Assembly: GCA_951406725.2 (NCBI GenBank)
Contig: OX597814.1
Coordinates: forward strand, 2,666,001 to 2,730,000
From: Octopus vulgaris
Taxonomy: Eukaryota
Direction of reading: 5' to 3'
Length of the DNA stretch: 64,000 nt
The notes below the pieces were generated by a model, which was not told the DNA's origin, did not search any database, and was given only the letters and a program-made list of their open reading frames with translations. This document shows, piece by piece, positions 14,833 to 28,790 of this stretch (the first letter of the stretch is position 1; the number at the start of each line of letters is the position of its first letter). A program made the translations under genes and the position numbers.

Positions 14833-16484
14833 GGAAAAATGACAGAAACATCTAACGTTAACCTTGACCAACAGAATGTCATAAAAGAACTAGACCCAGC
14901 GGAGAGCTACAAGTACCTAGGGATAATTGAAGGGAACGGAATAAGGCATTCAGAGATGAAGGAAAGGATCAGGAGAGAATGCTATCGAAGAGTGAGAGCA
15001 ATACTCAAGACAGAGCTGAATGCAAGAAACAGGATCGAAGCAATCAATGCATTAGCTATACCAGTCGTGACTTACAGTTTCAATATTGTTAACTGGTCAA
15101 TTACTGAAATATGTCAGCTCGACAGAAAAATAAGGAAACTGTTGACAATGCATAGAATGCACCACCCTAAGGCAGATACAGAACGACTCTATCTGCCAAG
15201 AAAAGAGGGAGGCCGTGGTCTTTTGCAACTGGCAATAACAATGAAGATTGCTACAATTGGCCTAGACACCTACCTGAAAAACTCTGAGGACTGGATGCTA
15301 AAACTTGTCTCAAAACATGAAAACAAGAAAGCATCATACTCAGTCACAAAACAGGCAAAGGAATATCTAAGTGAATTCCGAATACAACCAATTTCGGAGA
15401 TAGATATACAAGAAACAAGCACAGAAAAAGCTAGGCGCATGAAAACCCGTGCCAAAACTGCGGCCTTAGATATTCTGAATAATAAATGGCAAGAAAAACC
15501 TCTCTATGGCAAATACCCAAAGAGAGCGAATAATGCAGATATCGACAAAGCCCTGACCCATCAATGGCTAATGGCCTCTGGCTTAAAATCTGAAACAGAG
15601 GGGTTTATCATAGCAGCTCAAGATCAATGCCTACCAACAAGAAACTACCAGGCCAACATATTAAAGATCAGAAGCAGTCCAACGTGTCGTGTATGCAAGC
15701 AACAAAATGAAACCATTGACCATGTGGTCTCCAAGTGCAGTCTTCTAGCGCCTACAGAGTATCTCAACAGGCACGATAGAGCTGCACAATATATTCACTG
15801 GGTAATCTGTAAAAACCTGGATTTGCCCCATGAAAAAAACTGGTGGGAACACAAACCACCCCCAGTGCTTGAAAATGACCACATCTCACTCCTCTGGAAC
15901 TTCACCATTCAAACTGACAGGAAGATAGATGCAAATAGGCCAGACATCATATTGAAAAACTTCAAACAAAGAACATGCCTCCTCATTGATATGACTGTCC
16001 CAATCGATATAAACGTATCTGTCAAGACCTACCAAAAACTGAGCAAATATAAAGATCTTGAAATAGAAATCAGCAAAATGTGGAAGCTGAAGACTAAAAC
16101 AATACCTGTTGTCATAGGTGCCCTGGGAATGATAGCAAAAGGGGCTGATAGCTACCTAACTCAGATACCAGGAAACCCAAAAATGGCAGAAGTTCAAAAG
16201 ATAGTGCTCATGGGAACTGCTCATATCCTACGCAAAATACTCTATGTAATCTCAAGGTTTAAAACAAACATAATTTTCGGTTTAAAAAAAAAAAAAAAAA
16301 AAAAAAACCTTTTTTTTTTTTTTTTTTTATTTTTAGACATTCATTAGTACAACATCCCCACCCCCCAAATATATGGCACACTAGGCATAACAACAACATG
16401 AACTTCCAACCCTGTTGTCTCTTGAGGTCTCTGGGTGAGACTTGGAGCCAACTTGTACAAATATAAAGCAAAAGTCAAACATAG
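14832..16484 (+). mobile_element. 5'-truncated R4/Dong-like non-LTR retrotransposon in (TAA)n
   Basis: RLE-type ORF plus 3' UTR, bounded on both sides by (TAA)n. Confidence 0.88.
14839..16347 (+). CDS. RT thumb, CCHC knuckle and restriction-like endonuclease (C-terminal part of ORF)
   Basis: YKYLG, RLYLPRKEGGRGL, CRVC..ETIDHVVSKC, RHD, NRPDII..IDMTVP..KLSKY. The ancestral stop was probably near 16247-16249 (inference). Confidence 0.9.
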   Translation: MTETSNVNLDQQNVIKELDPAESYKYLGIIEGNGIRHSEMKERIRRECYRRVRAILKTELNARNRIEAINALAIPVVTYSFNIVNWSITEICQLDRKIRKLLTMHRMHHPKADTERLYLPRKEGGRGLLQLAITMKIATIGLDTYLKNSEDWMLKLVSKHENKKASYSVTKQAKEYLSEFRIQPISEIDIQETSTEKARRMKTRAKTAALDILNNKWQEKPLYGKYPKRANNADIDKALTHQWLMASGLKSETEGFIIAAQDQCLPTRNYQANILKIRSSPTCRVCKQQNETIDHVVSKCSLLAPTEYLNRHDRAAQYIHWVICKNLDLPHEKNWWEHKPPPVLENDHISLLWNFTIQTDRKIDANRPDIILKNFKQRTCLLIDMTVPIDINVSVKTYQKLSKYKDLEIEISKMWKLKTKTIPVVIGALGMIAKGADSYLTQIPGNPKMAEVQKIVLMGTAHILRKILYVISRFKTNIIFGLKKKKKKKNLFFFFFLFLDIH

Positions 16485-16514
<30 letters not shown>

Positions 16515-16515
<1 letters not shown>

Positions 16516-16690
16516 TCGGAAAATAGCTTAGGAATGAGAATCCAGGTTCGAAATTCTCCCGGACACCTGATGACGTCTGGAGAGTACTTCAGCAGAAATG
16601 TGTTAACAACAAGATGGGGACAAATATCCATCAAATGTAAATAATGTAAATAATGTTTATAATTCCTCATCTCTCAAATATAAAGCTGTA
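16515..16690 (+). mobile_element. Short repeat with degenerate HHR, same family as 29120-29295
   Basis: GACAC-CTGATGA(16567)...CAGC-A-GAAA-T-GTGTT with stem III deleted. Shares downstream gacaaatatcc..aaatgtaaataatgtaaataatg. Confidence 0.65.
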
Positions 16691-17534
16691 TTAGGAATTG
16701 TGCCTATAAAAAAATGTTAGAATATTTTGTGTATTGTAGTTGATGTCTGGTCACTCTTGAGCTCTACTGGTAACAGGTAATCCAATACAACCTGTCACAT
16801 GGTCGGGTCGTCGGTGACTAAACAGGCAATCCCATCAAACATTCTTGGTGAGAAGGGTGGTTGTTTGACACCCTGCGGGACAAATGATAAGACCTGTCAA
16901 AGGGAGGAAGAACTACTGTGTAGTCAATGGTCAATTCAACAAGTACCTTGTCGCAGTGAAGTGCCTGTGTGCTCCATTGATCCGGAGAGACATGCTGGAG
17001 GGAGAGAAATCTTCGGGCAGGTCTTACCAGGCCAGACAGGTCGAAGGGTAGGAGACAGACAAAACCTTAACGACAGTAAATCGAAGCGTCGACAGCAGGG
17101 CGTGGATTTAGGTAACGGCAGGGGACCCAACAGATCAGATTCCTGGCTTTGAACCAGTAGGATGTCATGCAGAGGATCTTGAATAGAAGACAATGGGTGA
17201 GATCCTAATATTCCTAGTTTGATGGAAACTGCGGGACCACATGGAGCAGCGTCCTATGACTCCTATAGTATGCGCAACCGAAACCCCTTAAAAGGGGCTT
17301 CCTAGTTGAGATGAGATGAGAAGCTTATCCAGTTTATTGTACAGAACCTGGATGTTTCTGTTTTGAGCCACTGCATGTCGAAATCTTTAAAGAATCTTTT
17401 TTCTTTTAACGTAGCGTATGCATGTAAATTATGACGCTGAATCCGAAATTGTTATTCATTTATTCCGGAAAAATTGTTGTAATGAACAGCTGTACTCGGA
17501 TCCACACGAAAACAGATTGAGATCATTTCCTCAA

Positions 17535-18002
17535 TAAACACGTGGTGGTTACACGCCTTGTGCGCATGCGCTGCGTCTCTGGTTACTATGGAAACAGATT
17601 TTTTTTGCAAACAGTCATGGAACGTGTGGTGGTTACACTCCTTGGTTACTATGGAAACAGAGTTCTTTGCTTATTCCGCTAACAGAACTTCACGGTGATG
17701 TGTAAAATACTGACTTCTGATTGGCTAAAACACACCAAATTTTTAAAAAATTTAAAGGCTAATTACTTTTTAATTATATATTTATAGGGAACATAATTTT
17801 CATTTTCATAATTAGTAGACCAAACTTAATCCATAAACAAAATTTGAAACCAATTGGAACAAATTTAGAGATAGTGTTTCAAATTGTAAAAATAACAGAA
17901 ACTTTATCAACAAAACCTTATATGGACCCCAGGGGTCACGTGGACTCCCAAAGAACACATGGACCCACGAGGCCCCTCATGGACCCTGGTGGAGAACCTC
18001 TG
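17535..18002 (+). mobile_element. Probable hAT-like non-autonomous element end; second copy inverted at 25238-25535
   Basis: Two diverged copies in the window. The end tggagaacctctg resembles Charlie-type TIRs, with atggaccc subterminal repeats. Confidence 0.5.
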
Positions 18003-18329
18003 GTGTTAAGCATTGTACGCGAAAGTCGTAGTTATATTCAAATCTAGAAATTAAGAAGAAACCATTTCTAATATCACAAGAAACGTAAAACTTGTGAAAT
18101 GAATCATTTCTGAGCGGCGAACGAGAATTTAGTGTTTGTTTACTTCATAAGACGGATATGAAAAAGATCGTAAACAAACGATTTGTTTCATATCTCTCGC
18201 AGTTTTCAAATTCTTATCATGTGCAGAAACATACAACTAGAGATAAAAACAGTTTCAAACTCCCTGGTTCGAGTCAGCGAGGTGGGATCATGCTGATCAA
18301 ACACACACACAAACATATTAACGGCTTAC

Positions 18330-18739
18330 TCTTACTCTTTTATTCTTTTACTTGTTTCAGTCATGACTGCGGCCATGCTGGAGCAACGCCTTTAATCGAG
18401 CAACTCGACCCCGGGACTTATTCTTTTGTAAGCCCAGTACTTATTCTATCGGTCTCTTTTGCCGAACCGCTAAGTAACGGGGACATAAACACACCAGCAT
18501 CGGTTGTCAAGCAATGCGAGGGGGACACAGACACACAAACACACACATGCATAGATATATATATACATATATACGACGGGCTTCTTTTCAGTTTCCGTCT
18601 ACCAAATCCACTCACAAGGCTTTGGTCGGCCCGAGGTTATAGTAGAAGACACTTGCCCTAGGTGCCACGCAGTGGGACTGAACTCGGAACCATGTGGTTG
18701 GTAAACAAGCTACTTACCACACAGCCACTCCTGCGCCTA
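18330..18739 (-). mobile_element. SINE family A, full length
   Basis: Head aggcgcaggagtggctgtgtggtaag...gttcagtccc through the 3' tail. Confidence 0.85.
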
Positions 18740-19049
18740 TAGATTCGTTTAATATGTTCTTCTTAGATTCGTTTAATATGTAATATCACAAACACGTGCT
18801 CTGCAAAATTAGGACACTGAATATAATTGATATATAGTTTACAGACGCTACAATATCCTTTCTACACTAGGCACGAGGCCTGAAATCTTATGGGAAAGGG
18901 AATAAAGACGGAGAAAATACCGCTAAGCATTTTGTCCGGCGTGCTAACGAGTCTGCCATCTCACCGCCTTGACTGGTTCTGTAATATGGAAACAAATTCG
19001 ATCTAAGGAAGGATTGAACTCGAGGGATTATGTATCTGTTCTCTCTCAT

Positions 19050-19949
<900 letters not shown>

Positions 19950-20752
19950 GACGGGCTTCTTTCCCTTTCCGTCTACCAAATCCACTCACAAGGCTTTGGT
20001 CGGTCCGTGGCTATAGAAGCCCAAGGTGCCACACACTGGGACTGAACTCGGAATCATGTGAATTGGGAAGCAAGGTTTTTACTACACAGCCACGCCAGCG
20101 CCTGTATGCGGATTGTTTTAACATAAGCAATATTGGCTTCATTTAAGCATGAAGGCTCAGTCGGTTTACAGGCGCCAGCACTAAACTTAATTACATCGTC
20201 CCCGGAAGGCTATAAGTCAAATCGACTACAGAGGGATTTGAACTAAATATTTATATACAATAATAAAACAAAAAATTAAATATTCTTCAAGCTTTATAGA
20301 AAAATGAAACATTTTTTTTAGATATATACAAACAGAAATTGTAGAAATTATTTAAATTTTCACCGTTTCTTCAAAATTTGAAGAATTTGTGGACATTTTT
20401 TTTCTCAAGATATTAAAACTAATTGCTTTATCTATATTATTTTTAATGCTTGTCACTTTTTTCGTTGAAATCAAGAATATACTAAACATGGTAATTAGTT
20501 TTATAGCCTTTTGACATAATATTTGCTAATGCACCGCTAATTAGAAAAAAAAGAAAAGAAAAAATTCAAATATATATCATTAAAAAAAAACATATATTAA
20601 ACATATTTTCTTTGAATTTATGAAATTTAAAAACTAGGTAAAAACAACAACATCAACAAATAACCTGAAACCAATAGCAACATCGGCATTATCATCATCA
20701 TCAACAACAATATGATAAAACATTGAAGGTTGACAACAACAACAACAACAAC

Positions 20753-20805
<53 letters not shown>

Positions 20806-21129
20806 TGATGATGATGATGTTAATAATAATAATAATAAAAATAATAATAATAATAAAAATAATAGTAATAATAATAATGATAATAATAATAATAATAATG
20901 ATAATAATATGAGAAATGTGTCTTCGCTTATTTTTTTGTTTTCATTGGAATAGTTTGTTTCGTCAATTAAAAAACGAAATATTTTTCTCTTTAAACTGTA
21001 AACTGAAAATATTTAAATAACTACCAAACAAAAACATATGGATCATCATCATCATCATCATCGTTATCATCATCATCATCATCGTCATCGTCATCATCAT
21101 CATTATCATTATCACCATCCTCGTCGTCG

Positions 21130-21206
<77 letters not shown>

Positions 21207-21273
21207 GTTATCATCATCATCATCATCGTCATCGTCATCATCATCATTATCATTATCACCATCCTCGTCGTCG

Positions 21274-21420
<147 letters not shown>

Positions 21421-21537
21421 ACACCATCATCGTTCACGGAGCTAATACAAATTATAAGTGGCTGAATGTGCTAACGCAGATGGTAAATATACAGGTCTAT
21501 AATATATATTACAATATTATATACATGTATATATATA

Positions 21538-21636
<99 letters not shown>

Positions 21637-21653
21637 GTGTGTATGTGTACATA

Positions 21654-21737
21654 CAGCAATTCCTCGACTGTGGTGGGTGTTACGTTCCAACCTCCACCCC
21701 CGCGATAGGTGAACCTCGATATGGCGAAGGATTACTA
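21654..21737. mobile_element. Tiny Tigger-like MITE
   Basis: TA-cagcaattcctcg ... cgaaggattacta-TA. Shares cgcgataggtgaa with 32445-32528. Confidence 0.5.
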
Positions 21738-22033
21738 TATTATAGCCGAAATTGCGAGGATGATCCGGTTCTTGACTGAAGATTGAAGGCTTCGAATGTC
21801 CCGTCCGTGTTTTTTGTATCGTCTTCTAAATGTTTTACGTTCTTGTCCCAGTTTGTATTTTTCTACATATAACATATATATATATATATATATATTATAT
21901 TAAATTAGAGATAAAACCACTATTAGGCAAATCAAACAATAAAAAACATAAGCCAATACATAAAATTAATTTATTTATATTATTTTAAATATATATCAAA
22001 AGTATTAAAAGTTTAATAAAAGATAATGAGTAA

Positions 22034-22107
22034 AACACTACGATCGTTTCATGGCTGTCCAATTCGTAATAATTCGAGTTATGGTTACAGTCAATCTTCA
22101 GGTAATT
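22034..22107 (-). ncRNA. Type I hammerhead ribozyme with extended stem II, in (TA)n-flanked module 21895-22130
   Basis: TTAC-CTGAAGA-TTGACTGT...ACAGCCAT-GAAAC-GATC-GTA^GTG. Palindromic ACGATCGT; stem I is weak. Confidence 0.7.
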
Positions 22108-22126
22108 GAAATATTTATCTTAGCGA

Positions 22127-22184
<58 letters not shown>

Positions 22185-22894
22185 CTAACTCAATAGCACC
22201 ACCTGAAAAAGTCTTTTAGTTAATTATTTCGGGAAACCATGGACCACTCAAGCAGAGAGTTGTTGTTGGCTGAGACGTATCCAGGTGTGGGTGGTTTATT
22301 CTGTATTTACTGGAGGAATTTGTCCAGGTACCGTTTGAAAGTTGTGGGGTCTTTTCTACTTTAATTTCTGTGTGCGTGTGTGTGTGTGTGTGTGTGCGTG
22401 TGCGTATATAGTAATTAAATTTTATGTTCAATATCTAGTGATATAATTACTATATTACTAAGATTTCATGTGTTGTATTTTGATATAAAATTTCCAAGGT
22501 GATGATGATGATAAAGAAGAAGAAGAAGAAGAAGAAGAAGAAGAAGAAAAAGAAGAAGAAGAAGAAGAAGAAGAAGAAGAAGAAGAAGAAGAAGAAGAAG
22601 AAGAAGAAGAAGAGCAACAACAACAACAACGGAAATAACACAAACCACAGGAACAACAACAACAACCACAACCACAATAACCAGTCTTAATTAGTTTAAA
22701 AATCTTCCACCAAATTATTGCTATCTTAGTCTGAAGATATTCCACAATTATTATCACAGAACGATTTTTGGAAATGTTATTAGAACAGAAATGTCTGTTA
22801 TTGTTTACTCTCGTTGCCGATGTTTATGTTATTGCTGTTATTTGTTTTATTGGTGGTGTTATTGTTGTGCTATCATTATTATCATTATTATTAC

Positions 22895-22933
<39 letters not shown>

Positions 22934-22945
22934 CATTATTATTAC

Positions 22946-22984
<39 letters not shown>

Positions 22985-23017
22985 TATCATTATTATTGTT
23001 GTTGTTGTTGTTGTTGC

Positions 23018-23057
<40 letters not shown>

Positions 23058-23070
23058 ATTATTATTGTTG

Positions 23071-23101
<31 letters not shown>

Positions 23102-23128
23102 CATCATCATCATCATCATCATCATCAA

Positions 23129-23183
<55 letters not shown>

Positions 23184-23346
23184 TTCATCATCATCAGCAT
23201 TATTATTATTATTATTATTAATATTATTAATATTATCGTTATTATTATTATTATTATCGTTATTATTATTATTGTTGTTATTATTATTATTATTATTATT
23301 ATTAATATTATCGTTATTATTATTATTATCGTTATTATTATTATTG

Positions 23347-23389
<43 letters not shown>

Positions 23390-23555
23390 CATCATTATTA
23401 TTGCTCTTGTTGTTCTTGCTGTTGCTGCCGTCATGTTGTTTGAGAAGAAGTGTTTATTTACGCTTAGGTGCTTTATTTAGTGAGGCGGGTCGTTTCCTTT
23501 TTCGACACGACATTCACCAACGTATTACGCAGCAGTAGAAGATGCAGCAGCAACT

Positions 23556-23594
<39 letters not shown>

Positions 23595-23651
23595 ATAGTA
23601 GTAGTAGTAGTAGTAGTAGTAGTAGCAGCAGTAGTAGTAGCAGTAGTAGTA

Positions 23652-23690
<39 letters not shown>

Positions 23691-24526
23691 ATAATAGTAA
23701 TAGTAGTAGTTGTAGTAGTAGTAGCAGCAGCAGTAGTAGAAGTAGTAGTAGTAGTAGTAGTAATAGTAATAGTAGTAGGAGTGTATTGATGTTGTTGTTG
23801 TTGGTGGTGTTGGTTGTACCAGCCTTGGGGCCTTTTTCTCACCTACCTTGACTAACTTATGTCTGTTGACACAATTTTCGCGGATCCTGAAGTAGTAGTA
23901 GTAGTAGTAGTAGTAGCAGTAGTAGTAGTAGTAGTAGTAGCAGTAGTAGCAGCAGTAGTAGTATTTGTTCTTGTTTCTCAATATGTTTCTTGTGTAAGGT
24001 ATAATGCAGGTAATTATAGAAAACCCTGGATTAAAACACACGGCGTGGTGCGGTGAGGTGGTTTGTACTGGAGGGGGGGGACTTTGGAAAGAGGGGGGGC
24101 GGCGGTGGAGGGGGACTTTGTAGAGAGAGGGGTGGCGGTGGAGGGGGGATAGAGATAAAGAGAGAAAGAAAGATTTTATAGAAGGCACAATCGGGAGAAT
24201 GTTTATTGGACAAAAAAATAATGAAAGGCACTTCGCCACTTCGCCCCCTTCCCCCTCCACTTGCCCCCTTCCACTTCGCCACCCCCTCCAGCGGAGTTGG
24301 CACTAATTAACGGTGAAACAATAAAACCGTTTAGGCATGAGAGAACAGCAACAAATAACAATATACATACTGACATCGGTGGTGTAGGCGATGAAGAATG
24401 TGATGATGATGATGGTGATGAGGGTGATGATGGTGGTGGTGGTGGTGGTGCTGGTGGTGGTGGTGGTGGTGGTGCTGGTGGTGCTGGTGATGATGATGAT
24501 GATGGTGATGAGGGTGATGATGGTGG

Positions 24527-24557
<31 letters not shown>

Positions 24558-24631
24558 GGTGCTGGTGGTGCTGGTGATGATGATGATGAGGGTGATGATG
24601 ATGGTGGTGGTGGTGGTGGTGGTGGTGGTGA

Positions 24632-24663
<32 letters not shown>

Positions 24664-24664
24664 A

Positions 24665-24698
<34 letters not shown>

Positions 24699-24703
24699 GA
24701 TGA

Positions 24704-24767
<64 letters not shown>

Positions 24768-25034
24768 GATGATGATGATGATGATGATGATGGTGGTGGT
24801 GATGATGATGGTGTGGTGGTGGTGGTGATGAGGATAGTGGTGGTGGTGATGACGATGGTGATGGTGATGATGATGAGTGTGATGGTGGTTTTGTTGTTGA
24901 TGGTGATGGTAGTGTTGGTGTTGATGAGGAAGAGGATGATGACGCTGATGTGGGACTGAAATGGAGATCCTACGGAAGAGAAGCAAACTTCTTACCACAC
25001 ACTTCCCCACTATATATATATATGTATATATATA

Positions 25035-25235
25035 TGACCGCATGTGTATCGTTGGCGATTTTCTTTCTCCGTCTTCCCTTCCTTGGATCTTTCCCTTTTC
25101 TATATATCTGATGAAGAGTTCCGATCGAAACGTTAAATCCTCCTTATTTCTTTCCTTTCCTGAGCGTCCAATAACCCTATACTTATTCCACGTCCTCGCA
25201 TTGTTGTGTTTTCTCTTTGTTCTTGTTTGGGCTAA
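25035..25235 (+). mobile_element. Short repeat with minimal HHR; copies at 44985-45155, 45945-46140 and 50340-50450
   Basis: CTGATGA(25108)-AGAGTTCCGATC-GAAAC-GTT-AAAT, with shared flanks (cctgagcgtccaataa..ttccacgtcctcg). Confidence 0.7.
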
Positions 25236-25582
25236 CTCCTGGGGTCCATATAAGATTTTGTTAATAAAGTTTCTGTTATTTGTTCCAGTTGTTTTCAAAT
25301 TTTGTCTATGGATTAAATTTGGTCTATTAATTATGAAACTGAAAATCATTTTCCCTATAAATATATAATTAAAAAGTAATTAGCCTTTAAAGTTTGCAAA
25401 ATTTGGTGTATTTTACACGTCACCGTGGAGTTCTGTTAGCGGAGTAAGCAAGGAATTCTGTTTCCATAGTAACCAAAGAATGTAACCACCACGTATCCAT
25501 GACTGTTTGCAGAAAACTTTGTTTCCATAGTAACCAAAGTGCAAGGTGAACTAAATGTTCAAATTATACAGATTGGTATAAA

Positions 25583-25792
25583 TCACTTATATGAGCTAAA
25601 GGGATGTTTCTGCCAGCGTTTACATTTGTAAGATCGCTGTATAAGTGTGTTAACAAGGTGATTCTTAGAGATGAGAATATGGAAGAGTTCAGTGTTGCAA
25701 ATGTTACATAATCCTTTGCCGTTATCATAAGGGAAAGATATGGATAGGATGAACCAATCTAACTTAGTCTGAACATTTAGTTCCCTTTGCAC
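25583..25792 (-). pseudogene. Diverged PLE GIY-YIG C-terminal remnant
   Basis: WFIL..PY..G...CNICNTELFHIL...LVN...KC parallels WSIL..PY..G...CRLCLLEKMYIL...LN...C in the 10-11 kb ORF. Confidence 0.55.
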
Positions 25793-26032
25793 TTTAGTTC
25801 AATAGAGAAATCTACTTCCAAGCCTTTGAACATTTTTTCAACCAACATATCCCTCTATATTTCTCCTTTATTTGTTCTCTACCTATTATTTCTTTGCCCC
25901 TTCTTTTTCTATTGTCTACCTTTGATGTCAAATCTACTAACGCTTATTTTTTTAAATACTTAATAGCGTTCTGTTTATCATTTATGCAGTCATCAAAATT
26001 GTTATAATGTCCTGTTTAGATGGGTACTCTTC

Positions 26033-26116
26033 CTTTCCTGATGAGAAGATTACATCGTTTTACACCGTTTATTTCTTTGGAATAAAACCAATGTTGTCTT
26101 CGAAACATGTCGAAAG
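26033..26116 (+). ncRNA. Type I hammerhead ribozyme with extended stem II
   Basis: CTTTC-CTGATGA-GAAGA...TCTTC-GAAAC-AT-GTC^GAAAG. Stems I and II pair perfectly; palindromic ACATGT. Confidence 0.88.
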
Positions 26117-26159
26117 TAAAAGAATTTGAATAACATCAGCATTCAACTCCTTTTATTTA

Positions 26160-26202
<43 letters not shown>

Positions 26203-26205
<3 letters not shown>

Positions 26206-26480
26206 TGAAGAAAAATTATAAAAAGGCAGAATGCTAAATTGAAGGTAAATTTTAATAAAAATGGGTGTATGGAAAATTTTAGAAATTAAAAAAATATTAT
26301 ATATATGTATTATTATATATTATATATATATTAAATATTATATATTTCTTTAATTTTCAAAATTTTCCATACACCCATTTTTATTAAAATTTACCTTCAA
26401 TTTAGCATTCTGCCTTTTTATAATTTTGCCTCGTCTATCATTTCTCCACGTGCGGTCAACACAACCCCACCATTTATTGA
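26203..26480. repeat. (TA)n-flanked fold-back module, no HHR visible
   Basis: Arms about 26212-26300 and 26338-26427, plus a tail. Confidence 0.75.
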
Positions 26481-26504
26481 TTTATATATATATATATATA
26501 TATA

Positions 26505-26722
26505 TTGTATTGGCATCCTTTCTGTCTCGGGAGACAATGGAGTTGCGCATTTTTTTTTTTTTTTTTGTAGTCTAGTCCGGCTTTTATATTTCATGTCCTG
26601 ATACATTTCCTGCTGTGGCTGTGTAGTCCTATCCTGGACAAACACTCCCTCTGGCAGGTACCGCAAATGTAGCGAAGACTGTTCCTGGCTGGTTGTAGTG
26701 CCATAGTCTCTTGTTTACGTCT
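26505..26722 (-). mobile_element. RTE-clade LINE 3' end
   Basis: C-terminal zinc finger ICGTCQRECLSRIGLHSHSRKC, then a short 3' UTR with gtctcccgagac hairpin. Confidence 0.7.
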
Positions 26723-26801
<79 letters not shown>

Positions 26802-27374
26802 GCACACACATACACCTATATATATATAATCCGTTATAAAACTGGTCCTTAGTTTCCCTTAGACCTATGTCAGTGCTGCACTCACTTCAAATCCCTTTCA
26901 CTTATCTGCCTATATAAGACAATACTCACTGCCGTCGTCCACGATAACTCACCCGCTAATCATTGGGAAATATGTCTTGTAAAAGTCTCCAGTTAGAATT
27001 ACTACACTTTGCAATCCAATACCTTTACTAAACTCGTTACGTTTACCTCTTCTTAAATAATATTCATTTCATTTCGTTACATGACGCAATTTTATCAACG
27101 ACTTCTATTCTCATTCTATTTGGCTTTTATCTTTCCAGTTTTTATTCTGAATTCCTCATCAGTTTTGTTTTGATTCCCTTACAGTTGATATGATATTTCA
27201 CTTTATTATAACGATGCTCAATTTTAACACAATCTATCTTTTCATTCAACAATACTTTTATCTTACAATTCTTTTATTCCGTATTCGTCCTCGGTTTTCT
27301 ATTGATTTCTTCACAGTTGACATTTTATTTCCTTCACGTCCTTCCGTAAACTTCAGTTGCTGAAACCTTTCACT

Positions 27375-27566
27375 TTATTTACTCTTTCACTTGCTTCAGT
27401 CATTTGACTACGGCCATGCTGGAACACCGCCTTTAGGCGAGCAAATCGACCCCAGGACTTATTCATTGTAAGCCTAGTACTTATTCTATCGGTCTCTTTT
27501 GCCGATAGAAGTTACGGGGACGTAAACACACGTGTATGTAAGTATGTATATATGTAAATATATATG

Positions 27567-27636
<70 letters not shown>

Positions 27637-27900
27637 CCTGCATGTATGCATGAATGTATGTATATATGTATGTATATATCTATGTGTGTCACTGTATCTG
27701 TGTTTGTTTCACCCCTTGACAACCGGTTTGGGCGTATTCACGTGCCTGTAACATAGCAGTTCGACAAAAGAAACTGATTGAAGAAGTACCAGAATTAAAA
27801 ATATAAGTGCTGAAGTCGATTCGTTCGATTGAAATTCTTCAAAGTGGTGCCCCAGCATGACCACAGTCTAATGAATGAAACGTATAAAAGAGAAAAGAAA
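27375..27900. mobile_element. Two SINE family A 3' halves in opposite orientations
   Basis: Minus copy at 27375-27530 and plus copy at 27690-27900. Confidence 0.7.
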
Positions 27901-28044
27901 AAAAGAAATCTAGAGATTGTTTCATCATTTTGCAAAGATATTTTTATTTCATGTTTTTCTTAAAAGTTTTTGAATTTGTTTTCTTCATATTTCTTTTGTA
28001 ATGCTTCATGTACCTTATTCAGTTGAAATTCTAGTTTACAGTTG

Positions 28045-28790
28045 GGAAAAAACCTGCACTCACCATGTCCACCTTGGATTACACTCTCTCCTTTACGCTG
28101 CCCGCCAAAAGCACCAAACTGAAAGTTGGTCCCGAAGCAACATCCTACGAAAACTAGTCTGCTCCAAACAGGGTGCTACTGCTTATAGATTAAGATCTAC
28201 AGCTCTGACCTTGTTTTATTCTTCGATGCCTAGAAACTTCCCCCACTGTTGACTAACATCTGTCACCTGATCACTATTTGCATGGAAGAAGCCGACACAA
28301 AGTACCAGTCCCTTTACGCTGGCACTGCCCCAGCTGAAATCAGACAAGAAAGAGACAGCACAATCTAAATAACGAATATTACTAGTGATGAACGCCATCT
28401 CCTCAAAAGATATCGACGCTGGTCCAACGAAAGTTATGAAGCGTCCTCAGCCATGTCCAGATCCTAACATGTCGGGAAGAGACTGGACTGCAGCTGTGGG
28501 TGGAAAAGCTGGAGAACAATCCTTTCCCAATTGATATGGTAATCGTACCCTCCTGGCTCGGAGACTCCATGGCTTCCGTGGAAGATAATCAACCACTTGA
28601 GAACAAGGGAGGGACAATCAAAAGACTGGTCTAGATACCTTTGATTATAGAGAAGCAGACCCCTGTATGGAGCACTGCCTTGATCTGCCCTCAACTTCCC
28701 TACACTTGCAACTCAAAAGACATTGGCAGAGTCCAGTAAAAATACAAAGAACTATCTAAAGCAATGAAAGACTGTTATATAACAATTAAA
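28045..28790 (+). pseudogene. Ingi/Vingi-like LINE 3' fragment
   Basis: SRSNILRKLVCSKQGATAYRLRSTALTLFYS and PPGSETPWLPWKIINHLRT resemble the Vingi RT thumb and C-terminus. Confidence 0.6.

Noticed and set aside
16740-17320. GC-richer segment with short ORFs ending in gatga repeats
   Set aside because: Probably a repeat fragment, but it is single-copy here and I cannot assign it.
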